Assembly: GCF_021378375.1 (NCBI RefSeq)
Contig: NZ_CP076228.1
Location: forward strand, 1,258,588-1,290,587
Source of the DNA: Wolbachia endosymbiont of Drosophila innubila
GTDB lineage: Bacteria > Pseudomonadota > Alphaproteobacteria > Rickettsiales > Anaplasmataceae
Direction of reading: 5' to 3'
Length of the DNA: 32,000 nt
Shown here: piece by piece, positions 1 through 10,591 of the stretch
How the letters are laid out: each line of letters begins with the position of its first letter
How positions within the stretch are numbered: position 1 is the stretch's first letter
The notes under the pieces: generated by a model
Databases searched by the model: none
Seen by the model: only the letters and a program-made list of their open reading frames with translations
What the model was told of the DNA's origin: nothing
Made by a program: the position numbers and the translations under genes

Positions 1-189
1 ATATCAAAGTAGTGAGATTAAAGACACACAGAGAAGAGGAATCGTCACGCCCCTTGATTATAAGAATCGTTGTTCAGCAAGGTTCTCTTCTCTGGTTTAT
101 TATACTGAAAGTTCCGAATAACTGATTGAGCTTTTAGGCTCGTATATAAGGCTGGAAAATGCAGTATATGTTATTATTACGGAGGAATT

Positions 190-784
190 ATGAATTCATC
201 AAACATTATTGCTGGCATTGATGTTAGCAAAAGTAAATTAGATCTCCACATTCACCCACTTGAGCATTATAAAATATTTGAAAACAATGTACAATCCATT
301 GATGAAATGCTGGACTTTTTACGTTTGCATAATGTAACCAAAATTGGTCTTGAGGCAACTGGTGGATACGAAAAATTATGTGCCTATACTTTACTAAGCA
401 ATGGTTTTGAGGTGTACGTCATTCAACCAAGGTGGGAGAGACTATGCTAAAAGCCTTGGTATTACTACAAAAACTGATAAAATAGACTGCAGTATCATCT
501 CACGTTATATTAATAATACAGATATGCGTGTTACTCCTTTAACAGTTAGTAATGGTAATATTGATTGCTTGAAACAAAAATTATCTCGTAGAAACCAACT
601 TGTAGAAATAGCAAAAATACAAAAAACCCAAATCCAACAGGTAACTGATACATCTATAATCAAACAAATAGAGGAACTTCTTGCAATTTTACGTAATCAA
701 ATTAAAACTTTAGAAGATGAAATGATTACATTTATCGATCAAAACCAAGAGCTTAAAAGAAAATATATATCAATAATTATATAG
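190..784 (+). pseudogene. IS110-family transposase, N-terminal DEDD-type part only, frameshifted
   Basis: ORFs 190..450 (GIDVSKSKLDLHI...IGLEATGGYE...VYVIQPR) and 401..784 (DYAKSLGITTKTDKIDC...) are consecutive parts of an IS110 N-terminal domain in different frames. The C-terminal transposase domain is missing after 784. Confidence 0.88.
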
Positions 785-958
785 TAGCGGGATGACGGTT
801 TTTCAAATTATCGGTAAATCTAAGTCAGTTTAGCTATAGGCAGCAATTTTCTGTATTGATTTTAAATTGAAGAAAGCTCAAATGAAAGATCGTGTTTTGC
901 TAAAAATCACAGAATGCAGTCTGGTTACTATTTAAAAGGATATGTTCAAAAAACTGTG

Positions 959-1939
959 TCAAATCAACTCATACACTTCATGACCAACTTCATGATGAAG
1001 TTCCGCAGTTGGATGGAAATAATCAAAAAAGAAATAATCCTTTAGTGTTTCTTTGCTACACCCAGGGTTATAGTGAACGTCAAGTTCCCCTTTAAATATC
1101 AACTTTAAGAGTATTTTTATATTTTCTTTAAATCTCCCAACTTGGTCTGCAATGTTCGATGTGCATGCATCTTGACAATTTAAACCTTTGCTCTTGTATT
1201 CGCTAAACATACTTCTCATTTTAGAGTTAAGATCAAATGCTTTTATTTCAAGATTTGTACTTTTCTTCATATAATCTAAGCCTTTAGCCAGTTTTGCATT
1301 GAAACTCTCCGTGAGCTTTGTAGCTAGTTCCCTTGCTTCTTCATCTCTATTAAAAGCTGGTATTGAGCCAACTTCAGGTGCATTTGCAACAACTACATGC
1401 TTAACACCATGTTCATTTAGAACCTTAAGTGCATTACATATTTCACTCACTGCTTGTTCCAACACTTCTTCCGCTTTAGTATCGTCATAAGCAGTGGCAA
1501 CCATAACATCATTTCCGCCGATTATGATGCAAAATAAATCTTCTTTACCTATATCTGGATGATGTTTAATTACCGCATCTAGCTGGTTAGCTAAACGAAA
1601 TTTATTGAAGAAATAAGAAAAAATAGGGTCAAAAATTTCAGATGCTGTTGCATATGAAACTGCGTAATTCTGACCTTGCTGTTCGTGGCATCTCCCAAAA
1701 AATGAATAACTCCACCCAGGTTTAAATTCATCTAAATCTAAATATTTTGCTATATATTCAACAGCAGTAGGGCCATTGCTAAAAGATCTTCCTTGATAAA
1801 AAGGATCATCAAATTTTACGCTTTTTGCAAAGGATAAATTATTTAAAATTCCAATGATTGCGCCATTATCGGATAAGCTATCACCCAGAACATAAAAATT
1901 TCTATACTTTGAATTAGAATTGTCATTTTTGTTTGTCAT
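959..1939 (-). CDS. GDSL/SGNH-family lipase/esterase-like hydrolase
   Basis: 326 aa ORF with FYVLGDSLSDNG (block I), IIIGGNDVM (block III) and DYFHPTAELHHEVG (C-terminal D..H). Confidence 0.88.
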   Translation of the reverse strand: MTNKNDNSNSKYRNFYVLGDSLSDNGAIIGILNNLSFAKSVKFDDPFYQGRSFSNGPTAVEYIAKYLDLDEFKPGWSYSFFGRCHEQQGQNYAVSYATASEIFDPIFSYFFNKFRLANQLDAVIKHHPDIGKEDLFCIIIGGNDVMVATAYDDTKAEEVLEQAVSEICNALKVLNEHGVKHVVVANAPEVGSIPAFNRDEEARELATKLTESFNAKLAKGLDYMKKSTNLEIKAFDLNSKMRSMFSEYKSKGLNCQDACTSNIADQVGRFKENIKILLKLIFKGELDVHYNPGCSKETLKDYFFFDYFHPTAELHHEVGHEVYELI

Positions 1940-2079
1940 AATATTTACCGTAGATTAGCATGTTGTTTCATTAGATTCATAGAAAAAGAAAAATAGCGGT
2001 GAAATTATACAACTTTGGCCTAACTTGCTCTCCACTTTTTCCGGGCAAAATCAGCTTCTTCTTAACTTGACACGTATAC

Positions 2080-4035
2080 TTAAAAGAACCCTCTAAGTTT
2101 TCTAGCACGGCTTGGATGTTTCAACTTGCGCAGTGCTTTTGCCTCTATTTGCCTAATTCTCTCACGTGTTACATTAAAAACTTTTCCTACTTCTTCTAAG
2201 GTATGTTCCTTCCCATCTTTACCAAGGCCAAAACGCATTCTTAAAATTCTTTCTTCCTTTGGTGTTAAAGTTGCAAGAACATTGGTTGTAATGCCACGCA
2301 AGTCAGCAAGTATTGCAGCATCCTCTGGCCTGGAGACTCGCTTGTCTTCTATACAATCACCAAAGGTACTACTATCATCTTTTCCTGTTGGAGCTTCAAG
2401 ACTTACTGGATCCCTTGCTATTTTCATAACTTTGCGTATTCTTTCCAGTGGCATTGTCAGTTCTACACTCAATTCCTCTAACGTCGGCTCTCTTCCCATC
2501 TCATGAGTCATCTTTCTTAATGCTCTGTTGATTTTACTGATAATTTCCACCATATGAACTGGTATTCTAACTACTTTAGACTGCTCAGGTATTGCTCTAG
2601 TGATTGATTGTCTTACCCACCAAGTGCCATAAGTTGAAAATTTATATCCACGTTTGTAATCAAACTTATCCACGGCCTTCATAAGACCAATATTGCCTTC
2701 TTGTATCAAATCAAGCAGATCAAGGCCTCTTTTTGAATACTTCTTAGCAATGGAAACTACTAGCCTTAAGTTAGCCTTAATCATTTCTTGCTTTGCTTCA
2801 GAGACTTCTCGTTCGTGTTTTTGTATTCTCTTGATTAGCTCCTTAAATTCTTGTACGTTATCTTCCTGTATATGCTGCTTAATACCGTTCAAGGTACTAG
2901 CTATATGTTCAGAGTTATCGTCTATAAACCTTAAAAATTTGTTTTTTAATTCACCTGTAAAAGAGGACTGATTTTCATTGATCTTTAAAAGACTTACCTT
3001 TTTCAATTCGTGCTTTAAAAGCACGTCATCATAAACTTTATAGAAACTTTCTCTATCGATATCGTATTTTCTAGCCTCAGCAATAAGATTAGCCTCTTCA
3101 AGCGTAATGGATCTATTTATCTTATAAAGTTCTTGTGTAATTCTGGCAACAGCAGCATCACTTAACTTAATTTGTAATGCTATAGACCATATTTGATTAT
3201 ACAAATTTTCTAGCTCATTAGAGAAATTTTTAGAATTTTTTCTTAATATCAACGCTTCATTTGTTAAAGTAATTATCTCATCCAATGCAACTATGACCTT
3301 TGGCAATAAGTCACTTTCCATTTCAAGAATAGAAACATTTAAATTGACTGAACTTATATCTTCATTATTACCGTCTTTCTCATCATCACTTTTTTTACTA
3401 TCTTTCTCATCATCACTACAGTACTCAGCATCTTCAGAAACATCCTCAGAATCCTCAACATCTTCAGCACTTTCTTCACTCTCTTCACTTTCTTCTTTGG
3501 GTACCACATTAAAATCAGAGTTATAAATTGCATCCAGATCTATAATTTCTCTCAGTAAGAGAGCTCCATTACTTAAATCATCACGCCATACTTTTATCAC
3601 CTTTAATGTTACTGATGTTTCAATTATTGCACGTAACATGTTATGCTTTTCAGATTCAATTTTTTTTGCTATCTCGATTTCATCTGCCCTTGATAAAAGC
3701 TTTACGGAGCTCATGTCTTGTAAATAAATCCTCACTGGATCATCATTTTGTACTAAAGTTGCAGTAACATTTGGCGATGTGTCATCATCATCAAGTTTAC
3801 TATCATCACTGTTGGAAGGAATATCTTCTTCATCTTCGCTACTTTCAAGCACATTAATTCCGGAATCCTGCAATAAAGATATAGCATCATCTATAAAGTC
3901 AGACGAAAAATTTTCATCTGATAATTTATCATTTATATCATCAAAGGTGATAAAACCACCCTTTTTTATACTCTTAGTTACCAGATCTTTGATAATTTTT
4001 TTCTTATCTTCTGCATCATTAATAGTTGACATCAT
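2080..4035 (-). CDS. rpoD: RNA polymerase primary sigma factor (sigma-70)
   Basis: 651 aa. Contains [61 protein letters not shown] and a C-terminal region 4 ([32 protein letters not shown]). Confidence 0.98.
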   Translation of the reverse strand: MMSTINDAEDKKKIIKDLVTKSIKKGGFITFDDINDKLSDENFSSDFIDDAISLLQDSGINVLESSEDEEDIPSNSDDSKLDDDDTSPNVTATLVQNDDPVRIYLQDMSSVKLLSRADEIEIAKKIESEKHNMLRAIIETSVTLKVIKVWRDDLSNGALLLREIIDLDAIYNSDFNVVPKEESEESEESAEDVEDSEDVSEDAEYCSDDEKDSKKSDDEKDGNNEDISSVNLNVSILEMESDLLPKVIVALDEIITLTNEALILRKNSKNFSNELENLYNQIWSIALQIKLSDAAVARITQELYKINRSITLEEANLIAEARKYDIDRESFYKVYDDVLLKHELKKVSLLKINENQSSFTGELKNKFLRFIDDNSEHIASTLNGIKQHIQEDNVQEFKELIKRIQKHEREVSEAKQEMIKANLRLVVSIAKKYSKRGLDLLDLIQEGNIGLMKAVDKFDYKRGYKFSTYGTWWVRQSITRAIPEQSKVVRIPVHMVEIISKINRALRKMTHEMGREPTLEELSVELTMPLERIRKVMKIARDPVSLEAPTGKDDSSTFGDCIEDKRVSRPEDAAILADLRGITTNVLATLTPKEERILRMRFGLGKDGKEHTLEEVGKVFNVTRERIRQIEAKALRKLKHPSRARKLRGFF

Positions 4036-4170
4036 TACCTTTATAGTTTATAATTTTATTTCTTATTAACAAACAAACTTACAACGAGCAAGTCTATAAT
4101 TTTACTTTTAACTTGTGGCTATTTGTTACTTCATATAGTTTAAGATACTGTTAATTTATGTACACTTGTC

Positions 4171-4482
4171 TTAATCAATTGTTCCATACTTTTCTTCCAT
4201 TTTTACTGCTATGGATAATCCAACTGAAAATGTTGCAATTCCAACCACTATAGCAGTAAGCATTAAAACATGGGGTATAGGATTGCTATATGAATAAAAA
4301 TTTGAAACCAATATAGGAGGCAAGGAACTTTTTATATATCCTAGAGATATGTAAAATAACAAAACAGATGCTTGGAAGACGCTTACCCCTATCATTTTCT
4401 TGATTAAATTTTTATCGTTTATAATAATATATAAACCTAGCACCATTAATACAATAATAATCGTATAATTATATAAAGTCAT
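4171..4482 (-). CDS. mnhC: Na+/H+ antiporter subunit C (MnhC/MrpC/NuoK-like)
   Basis: 103 aa, three hydrophobic segments, NuoK-like HVLMLTAIVVGIATFSVGLSIAVKMEEKYGTID, within an Mrp cluster. Confidence 0.85.
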   Translation of the reverse strand: MTLYNYTIIIVLMVLGLYIIINDKNLIKKMIGVSVFQASVLLFYISLGYIKSSLPPILVSNFYSYSNPIPHVLMLTAIVVGIATFSVGLSIAVKMEEKYGTID

Positions 4483-4898
4483 TGTTTTTTCCTACGAGCA
4501 AAATTTATATATATAATTAACATAGAGGAGCAGACAGTAAATGCTACACCTAATTCCACCAAAAAAATACCTAATTTTTGACCGGTTCTATTATTGGTTA
4601 ACAAGATATCATAAGATAAAAAATTTTGGCCAAGTAAAGTTGTTGCAACGCCCGTTCCTCCATAAATTAAAATACCTAACACGTTAGTCAATCTAATCAC
4701 AGAATAAGGTATTGCTTTTAGAGTTGTAGATACACCAAATAGCATTGAATATAATATTATCCCGGAGGCAATAATTATTCCTGCTTGAAAACCTCCACCC
4801 GGAGTGTAATCACCGTGAAATTGTATGTATAAACCAAATAAAATGATAAAAGGTATCATCAAAAATGTTACTGCATTTAATATCGGATCTTTAATCAT
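4479..4898 (-). CDS. mnhB: Na+/H+ antiporter subunit B (MnhB/MrpB)
   Basis: 139 aa with FGLYIQFHGDYTPGGGFQAGIIIASGIILY, the MnhB signature. Overlaps its neighbours by a few nt. Confidence 0.9.
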   Translation of the reverse strand: MIKDPILNAVTFLMIPFIILFGLYIQFHGDYTPGGGFQAGIIIASGIILYSMLFGVSTTLKAIPYSVIRLTNVLGILIYGGTGVATTLLGQNFLSYDILLTNNRTGQKLGIFLVELGVAFTVCSSMLIIYINFARRKKQ

Positions 4899-5418
4899 TT
4901 TCTTTTTCTTCTTTTAATATCAACGTTATACAAAGCGCAGCAGTAAAAACTACTATAGTTTCTCCAAACGTGTCATAACCACGAAAGCTTGCCAAAATAG
5001 CTGTCACTATATTAGGAATACCGGTAGCTTTTTCGGTATTTTCCACATAATAAGGAGCAACATGCAAGTGGATCGGAGCATTGTGGCTGCCAAAATCTGG
5101 CAATTGAATCATAAAATATGACAAACATACAGCCAGAAATAACATAAAAAAAAGCGTTATAGGGTTATGAGATAGATTTACTTTATGATTCTTTATCAAG
5201 GAGAGTGCTGCAAACGTAAAAACTGTACTGAGCCCCGCACCAACAGAAGCTTCAGTAATTGCAACATCAGGTGCATTCATAATTAAGTATATAAGCGCAA
5301 TCAGTGAACTAAATACACACATTAGAACAGCACTTACGACTAAATGTCGCGAGAAAACTATAAAAACCGTAACTGTTAGTAACAACAAAAGTAACACTAC
5401 ATTTAATATTTCTAACAC
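4891..5418 (-). CDS. Mrp/Mbh-type antiporter subunit (DUF4040/MbhD-like, with MbhE-like C-terminal part)
   Basis: 175 aa with SSLIALIYLIMNAPDVAITEASVGAGLSTVFTFAAL, plus a hydrophobic C-terminal part with IVTAILASFRGYDTFGETIVVFTAAL. Confidence 0.82.
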   Translation of the reverse strand: MLEILNVVLLLLLLTVTVFIVFSRHLVVSAVLMCVFSSLIALIYLIMNAPDVAITEASVGAGLSTVFTFAALSLIKNHKVNLSHNPITLFFMLFLAVCLSYFMIQLPDFGSHNAPIHLHVAPYYVENTEKATGIPNIVTAILASFRGYDTFGETIVVFTAALCITLILKEEKEND

Positions 5419-5419
5419 C

Positions 5420-5707
5420 TTAGCCTTCTTTAACAGTTTTTTTCTTAACTTTATAATGAGTGCGCGCTAAAATATAGCTATTAGTTGAGTTAGCTACCCA
5501 TATTATAAAAATTAATAATACTATTTTAACAGTATTGATTGAAAATCCATTCTGCAAAGCAAAACCAATTAACAATAACGTTGCACCGCTAGAATCTGTA
5601 ATACCTGCTGCATGTAACCTAGTATAGAAATCAGGAAATCTGATCACCCCTATATTTGAAATAATTATCAAACAAATACCTAAAAATATGAAAATGGATC
5701 CTATCAT
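5420..5707 (-). CDS. mnhG: Na+/H+ antiporter subunit G (MnhG/MrpG)
   Basis: 95 aa with NIGVIRFPDFYTRLHAAGITDSSGATLLLIGF, the MnhG signature. Confidence 0.92.
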   Translation of the reverse strand: MIGSIFIFLGICLIIISNIGVIRFPDFYTRLHAAGITDSSGATLLLIGFALQNGFSINTVKIVLLIFIIWVANSTNSYILARTHYKVKKKTVKEG

Positions 5708-5713
5708 AAATTA

Positions 5714-5959
5714 TCAAAACAACATTAATCTCATTAGTGCTATAGTTGATATAAAGCTAACGCTAGCATACAACAATGCTATATCAATTAAAAAAAAATT
5801 ATTCAGAATGATTGATATTGCTGTTATAAGTACAACTACTTGCGTTGAGAAATTATTGAACGCTAAAACCTTATTGTACACATCATTTGACTTAGACACT
5901 ATGCAACACAACATTACACTCATACAGAACAACAGTGTATAGATAGCAATGCAAATCAT
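5714..5959 (-). CDS. mnhF: Na+/H+ antiporter subunit F-like (MnhF/MrpF)
   Basis: 81 aa, three hydrophobic helices, DVYNKVLAFNNFSTQVVVLI and DIALLYASVSFISTIALMRLM, next to mnhG. Confidence 0.78.
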   Translation of the reverse strand: MICIAIYTLLFCMSVMLCCIVSKSNDVYNKVLAFNNFSTQVVVLITAISIILNNFFLIDIALLYASVSFISTIALMRLMLF

Positions 5960-5987
5960 TTAAAGACTATGTGACTTCAGTAGATTT

Positions 5988-6395
5988 CTAAACGGATACT
6001 TCTTCATCGCCATCTTGATCATTTATTTCATCATCTATTTCACCATCCACTTCATAATCTTGGCTTTCTTGACTTGCATCAAGATCTGTGTTATCAGAAA
6101 AATTTAATAAATTCGCTAGCTTACTTGTATTACTGCTGTAAACATTATTCATATTTCCTTTCATGTATTCCTTGCATCTACCTACCAAAAGGCTAAACAG
6201 CTCATGAGTATCCACCTGTTTTCCTGCTATTTCATGTAAGGAAACTATGGTATTTTTATGACCCTTAAACTTAGCTGCTTGAATTGGATTACTTGCCCCT
6301 GTATTTAAACCATGTGTTCTTTGACTTGCCAACAGAACCAATTTGAAACGGTTACTTACCCGTTCTATACACTTTTCTACAATAGACTCAGCCAT
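5988..6395 (-). CDS. rpoZ: DNA-directed RNA polymerase omega subunit
   Basis: 135 aa. N-terminus MAESIVEKCIERVSNRFKLVLLASQRTHGLNTG...GHKNTIVSLHEIAGKQV matches omega. C-terminal tail is acidic. Confidence 0.9.
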   Translation of the reverse strand: MAESIVEKCIERVSNRFKLVLLASQRTHGLNTGASNPIQAAKFKGHKNTIVSLHEIAGKQVDTHELFSLLVGRCKEYMKGNMNNVYSSNTSKLANLLNFSDNTDLDASQESQDYEVDGEIDDEINDQDGDEEVSV

Positions 6396-6455
6396 AAGAT
6401 ACTACCTTAATAAGTTTTATACTATATCACAAAAAACAAGTTGTCAACTTTGTAT

Positions 6456-6767
6456 CTATTGCGATTCAACTTCATGTTTTACTTTTTCTGCCTCAGATTT
6501 TATTTCTTGGCTTTCTGTCATCGTGATTGTTATCTCATGATCAAGTTTTTTTAGAAATCCTAACAATCGCTCTAAAGAAAAACCATCTATTTTACCATTT
6601 TTAATTTGCGATACCTTTGGCTGATCAATACCAAGTTTCTCAGCTGCAAAAGCCTGAGTCCAAGCATTTTTTTCTATAATTTTATTTATTATATAAAGCA
6701 ACTTTGTTTTTATTCCTGCACTGTCTAAGTTATTTAACGATATTATTTCCATAATTCTTACACTCAC
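6456..6767 (-). CDS. XRE-family helix-turn-helix protein (HigA/HTH_37-like)
   Basis: 103 aa with TQAFAAEKLGIDQPKVSQIKNGKIDGFSLERLLGFLKKLDHEITI, typical of single-domain XRE/HigA-like regulators. Confidence 0.85.
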   Translation of the reverse strand: MSVRIMEIISLNNLDSAGIKTKLLYIINKIIEKNAWTQAFAAEKLGIDQPKVSQIKNGKIDGFSLERLLGFLKKLDHEITITMTESQEIKSEAEKVKHEVESQ

Positions 6768-7179
6768 ATATCAATTAACTTTATTAAATATTATAGCATA
6801 ATATTTAATATACCAAGATATTAATATCATGTAACTTGTCAATAATTATATGATATCAATATTTAAAACTTTAAGTTGATTATATATTAATATTTTTATC
6901 AAATTTCTAGTAATTTTAAATTACCATTTTACCATCAGTCTATCTGAAAAAACCATTTATAGAAAGAACAAGCTAAGATTACAAAGCTTGAAATACAAAA
7001 ATAATTATTTTATAAATTTATCTTACATAAGAAGTTTATATCTCTATATCTTAATATAAATATTTATTTAAATTTTTAAAATTTCTATTTTAACGAGAAT
7101 TCTATATATTATATTTATAATATAATTTAAATATTTGTTGCTTTTTAGCTGGAACATTATTTAGTTAGTAAGTAAAATT

Positions 7180-7680
7180 GTGTTGAATATGACAAAAATA
7201 AAAAAAGATGTTGCTGTTATTATGGGAAGTGAGTCAGATTACACCACTATGGTCCATACTGTTGATATGTTAAAAGCATTAGAAGTTTCACATGATATAT
7301 TCATAATATCTGCACATAGAACACCAGAAAGGCTCTTCAATTTTGCTAAATTTGCACAAGAAGAAGGTTTTAAGGTTATTATAGCTGGTGCAGGAGGTGC
7401 AGCTCATTTACCTGGTATGGTTGCGTCACTAACTTGTTTACCAGTTATCGGCGTTCCTGTGCATAGTAAACAATTAAATGGGCTGGACAGCCTACTCTCT
7501 ATAGTTCAAATGCCAAAGGGTGTTCCAGTTGCAACCATGTCTATAGGGGAAAATGGAGCACATAATGCTGCCATTACCGCCGTATCTATATTGTCAATTT
7601 CTAACAGTGAAATTGCAGGTAGGTTAAAAAAGTGGAGAGAGAAGCAGACCAAAGAAGTAAAAGAAAAACCAGTTTCATAA
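7180..7680 (+). CDS. purE: N5-carboxyaminoimidazole ribonucleotide mutase
   Basis: 166 aa with [40 protein letters not shown] and [11 protein letters not shown]. Confidence 0.97.
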
Positions 7681-7687
7681 TAAATCT

Positions 7688-9513
7688 ATGGCAATAATTC
7701 TTTTAGACACAAAAACCATAAACCGTATAGCAGCGGGGGAGGTGATAGAAAGGCCAGCAAGTGTAGTAAAGGAATTAGTGGAAAATGCAATAGATGCTGG
7801 AAGTTTAGAAATAGAGATTAAAATAGAAAGTGGTGGGCGTAACCTTATTATTGTGACAGATGATGGTAACGGAGTAGAAAAAACGATTTAGAACTTGCGT
7901 TTATGCGCCATGCTACTTCAAAATTGAGCGACAATGAGTTGATAGAAATCAAGCATCTTGGCTTTAGAGGAGAAGCTCTGCCTTCAATAGCAGCAGTAAG
8001 TAGGATAAAATTATCGTCTAAGGCAAGAGAAGCAAATGAAGCATGGTCTATAAGTTATGAGGGTGGAGAGAAAATAGGGGAGCAAACTCCTTACTCTTTA
8101 TCACAAGGCACACATATTGAAGTACGAGATTTATTTTTTGCCACTCCAAATAGACTAAAATTTCTAAAAACTGAAAGAGCAGAAACTCAAAGCATTGTTG
8201 ATATTGTAAACAACCTAGCAATGATTAACTATCATATAGGGTTTACTCTCACTTCAGGTAATAAAAAGCTCTTAAAATACGCTAAGCAGACTTCGTTATT
8301 TCATAGATTGTGTGAAGTAGAAGAAGAATTTCAGGGCAATTCTTTGGAGATCAATGAAGAAGAAGACGGCATTAAACTTACGGGACACATCTGTAAGCCG
8401 ATCGTCAATCGTGGTAAGTCCACTCAGATCTATACGTTTGTTAATGGAAGGCCAATTAAAGATAATTTACTTATTGGCGCAGTTAGGTATGCATATCATG
8501 ATTTTATTCCAAGCGATAGGTATCCTTTTGCAGCGTTACATTTAGAGATACCTTATGATCAAGTAGATGTAAATGTGCATCCAAATAAGTCAGAAGTAAG
8601 GTTTCAGAATAAGAAGCTCATATATGAGATAATGACAAGAGGATTAATTAAAGCATTGTCAAGAAGGATAGGCACTTTTCCAGCGCATGACCAGAAAATG
8701 GATTCAACATTGCCGGATCCTTTTGATAAACCTAATGTTCAAAAAGAATTTTATGAAAAAAGACCAAGTCCTTTTAAAAATCAACTAATAAAAGAATTTG
8801 CTTCTCCAAATGAAAAAGCAAAAGGCTTATCAGAACAGTCAAAATCGTTTGATTATACCGGCATACAGAAATTTCCATCACAAGCGGAGACTATGGTTCT
8901 AGAAAAAAAGGTGTTAGAGCAAGTTGATTTGATAGAGAGCCACCCGCTCGGGTTTGCACGCTGTCAGGTCTATAATACTTACATTATTGCCGAGGTAAGA
9001 GATAAATTGATTATAGTCGACCAGCATGCAGCCCACGAAAGGCTAGCATATGAATGCTTAAAACAAAAATCAAGTGTAAAAAGACAAAAACTACTTCTTC
9101 CTGAAACGGTTGAAATCAAAAATCAAGCCGGAATGGAGATGATTGAAATCTATAAAGATAAGTTATTTGAAATGGGTTTTGATATTGAGATCAAACCAGA
9201 AAATAAAGTGATAGTAAAAGAAATCCCTGCAATTTTGGGAGCAATAGATGTGAAAGAGATGCTAATTAATATAGTCGATAGATTAACGGAAATAGAAGAT
9301 ACATTGCCAGTAGAAGATAAAGTGAACAAAATATTGGCCACTATCGCTTGTTATGGATCAATTAGAGCGGGTAGAAAAATGAGATTAGAAGAAATGAATG
9401 TGCTGCTTAGACAAATGGAAAAAACCCCATATTCCGGGCAATGCAACCACGGAAGACCAACTTATATAGAAATGAAACTCAGTGATATTGAAAAACTTTT
9501 TGAGCGTAGGTAA
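7688..9513 (+). pseudogene. mutL: DNA mismatch repair protein MutL, interrupted by a 1-nt frameshift in an A-tract near 7878-7883
   Basis: 7688..7891 encodes ...[26 protein letters not shown]...[10 protein letters not shown]. 7903..9513 encodes [34 protein letters not shown] through a C-terminal [14 protein letters not shown]. One extra A in GTAGAAAAAACG restores [17 protein letters not shown]. Confidence 0.93.
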
Positions 9514-9544
9514 TGAGGTTGCCATAAATATGTAAGTGCTCCTT

Positions 9545-9890
9545 TCTCGTCATCCAAGTAGCTCATAGAAACGAAAAAACTTCCTTGACAAACTCCTCCA
9601 GCGCCCTTATTATAGTATTAAGGGTATTTATGACTCAAAACTTGTTTTTGACCTGCAGGCTCAATGACAAAATTCAGTAAAAAACTCAGGGTATTTTTTG
9701 GCGGATTACATAAAATTATAGCGGCTGCATGTCTTTTAAATTTTTTCTACATTCAGCCAAACCGCGCTTAAACTAAGCGTCAGCACATTATTACAGCGCC
9801 ACTTACAGTAATATAGAGTCAAAACTCGCTACTCGGGGCTTCTTTTGCCTTTTTTTCGTTTGGTAAATTTCTTAAATATTTATGGCTAAA
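9545..9890 (+). ncRNA. Candidate noncoding RNA element, copy 1: sigma-70-like promoter plus T-rich 3' block, no ORF
   Basis: TTGACA at 9585-9590, 17-nt spacer, TATTAT at 9608-9613. Downstream about 250 nt has no ORF and ends in CTCGGGGCTTCTTTTGCCTTTTTTTC. Diverged inverted homologue at about 20415-20770. Confidence 0.45.
9585..9613 (+). promoter_or_regulatory. Sigma-70-like promoter TTGACA-N17-TATTAT
   Basis: Perfect -35, 17-nt spacer, near-consensus -10. The paralogous element has TTGACA-N17-TATCAT. Confidence 0.6.
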
Positions 9891-10230
9891 GTAACTTAAG
9901 TTCACCGACAATCGTCATCCCGCTACGTGTTAGCGGGATCTATGCTTTGAGATACCGCGAATGAATCGCGGTATGACGGTTCGCGGCGGCGTGACGATAA
10001 GCTCGTCATCCCGCTGCTTGTTAGCGGATCTATGTTAAGGTATAGTAGGGGATCTATGTTAAGAGATACCGCGAATGAATCGCGGTATGACGGTGTAGAT
10101 GATGGTTAAGTAATTCGTCATCCCGCTGCTTGTTAGCGGCTAAGAGATACCGCGGCATGACGTAGGATTGTTGTCATCCCGCTACGTGTTAGCGGGATCT
10201 ATGCTTTGAGATACCGCGAATGAATCGCGG

Positions 10231-10326
10231 TATGACGGTTCGCGGCGGTATGACGTAGAAGCTATACTTTTATACTCACCAACTCAGTATCCAATCTGGA
10301 TCCCAGTGTCGGCTACTCGGATGACA
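10231..10326. repeat. 96-bp direct repeat, copy 1 of 2
   Basis: TATGACGGTTCGCGGCGG...GGATCCCAGTGTCGGCTACTCGGATGACA recurs at 10496-10591. Confidence 0.88.
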
Positions 10327-10495
10327 CCATAATAAAGTGAAACTAGATTCCACCTTCACGCGCTGGAATGACACCCTGACAATCGTCATCCCGCTACGTG
10401 TTAGCGGCTAAGAGATACCGCGGCATGACGTAGGATTGCTGTCATCCCGCTGCTTGTTAGCGGGATCTATGTGAGATACCGTGAATAAATCACGG

Positions 10496-10591
10496 TATGA
10501 CGGTTCGCGGCGGTATGACGTAGAAGCTATACTTTTATACTCACCAACTCAGTATCCAATCTGGATCCCAGTGTCGGCTACTCGGATGACA
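10496..10591. repeat. 96-bp direct repeat, copy 2 of 2
   Basis: Reads the same as 10231-10326, offset 265 bp. Confidence 0.88.

Noticed and set aside
2126-3526. Plus-strand ORFs antisense to rpoD (also those antisense to infB, nusA and the RND gene)
   Set aside because: They lie entirely opposite strongly supported genes, have biased low-complexity composition and no recognisable domains.
5688-5942. ORF 5688..5942 (+)
   Set aside because: Antisense to mnhF/mnhG, which are well supported on the minus strand.
6456-6767. Complete toxin-antitoxin module
   Set aside because: Only the HTH antitoxin-like protein is supported. The opposite-strand ORF 6343..6540 overlaps coding sequence and has no toxin features.
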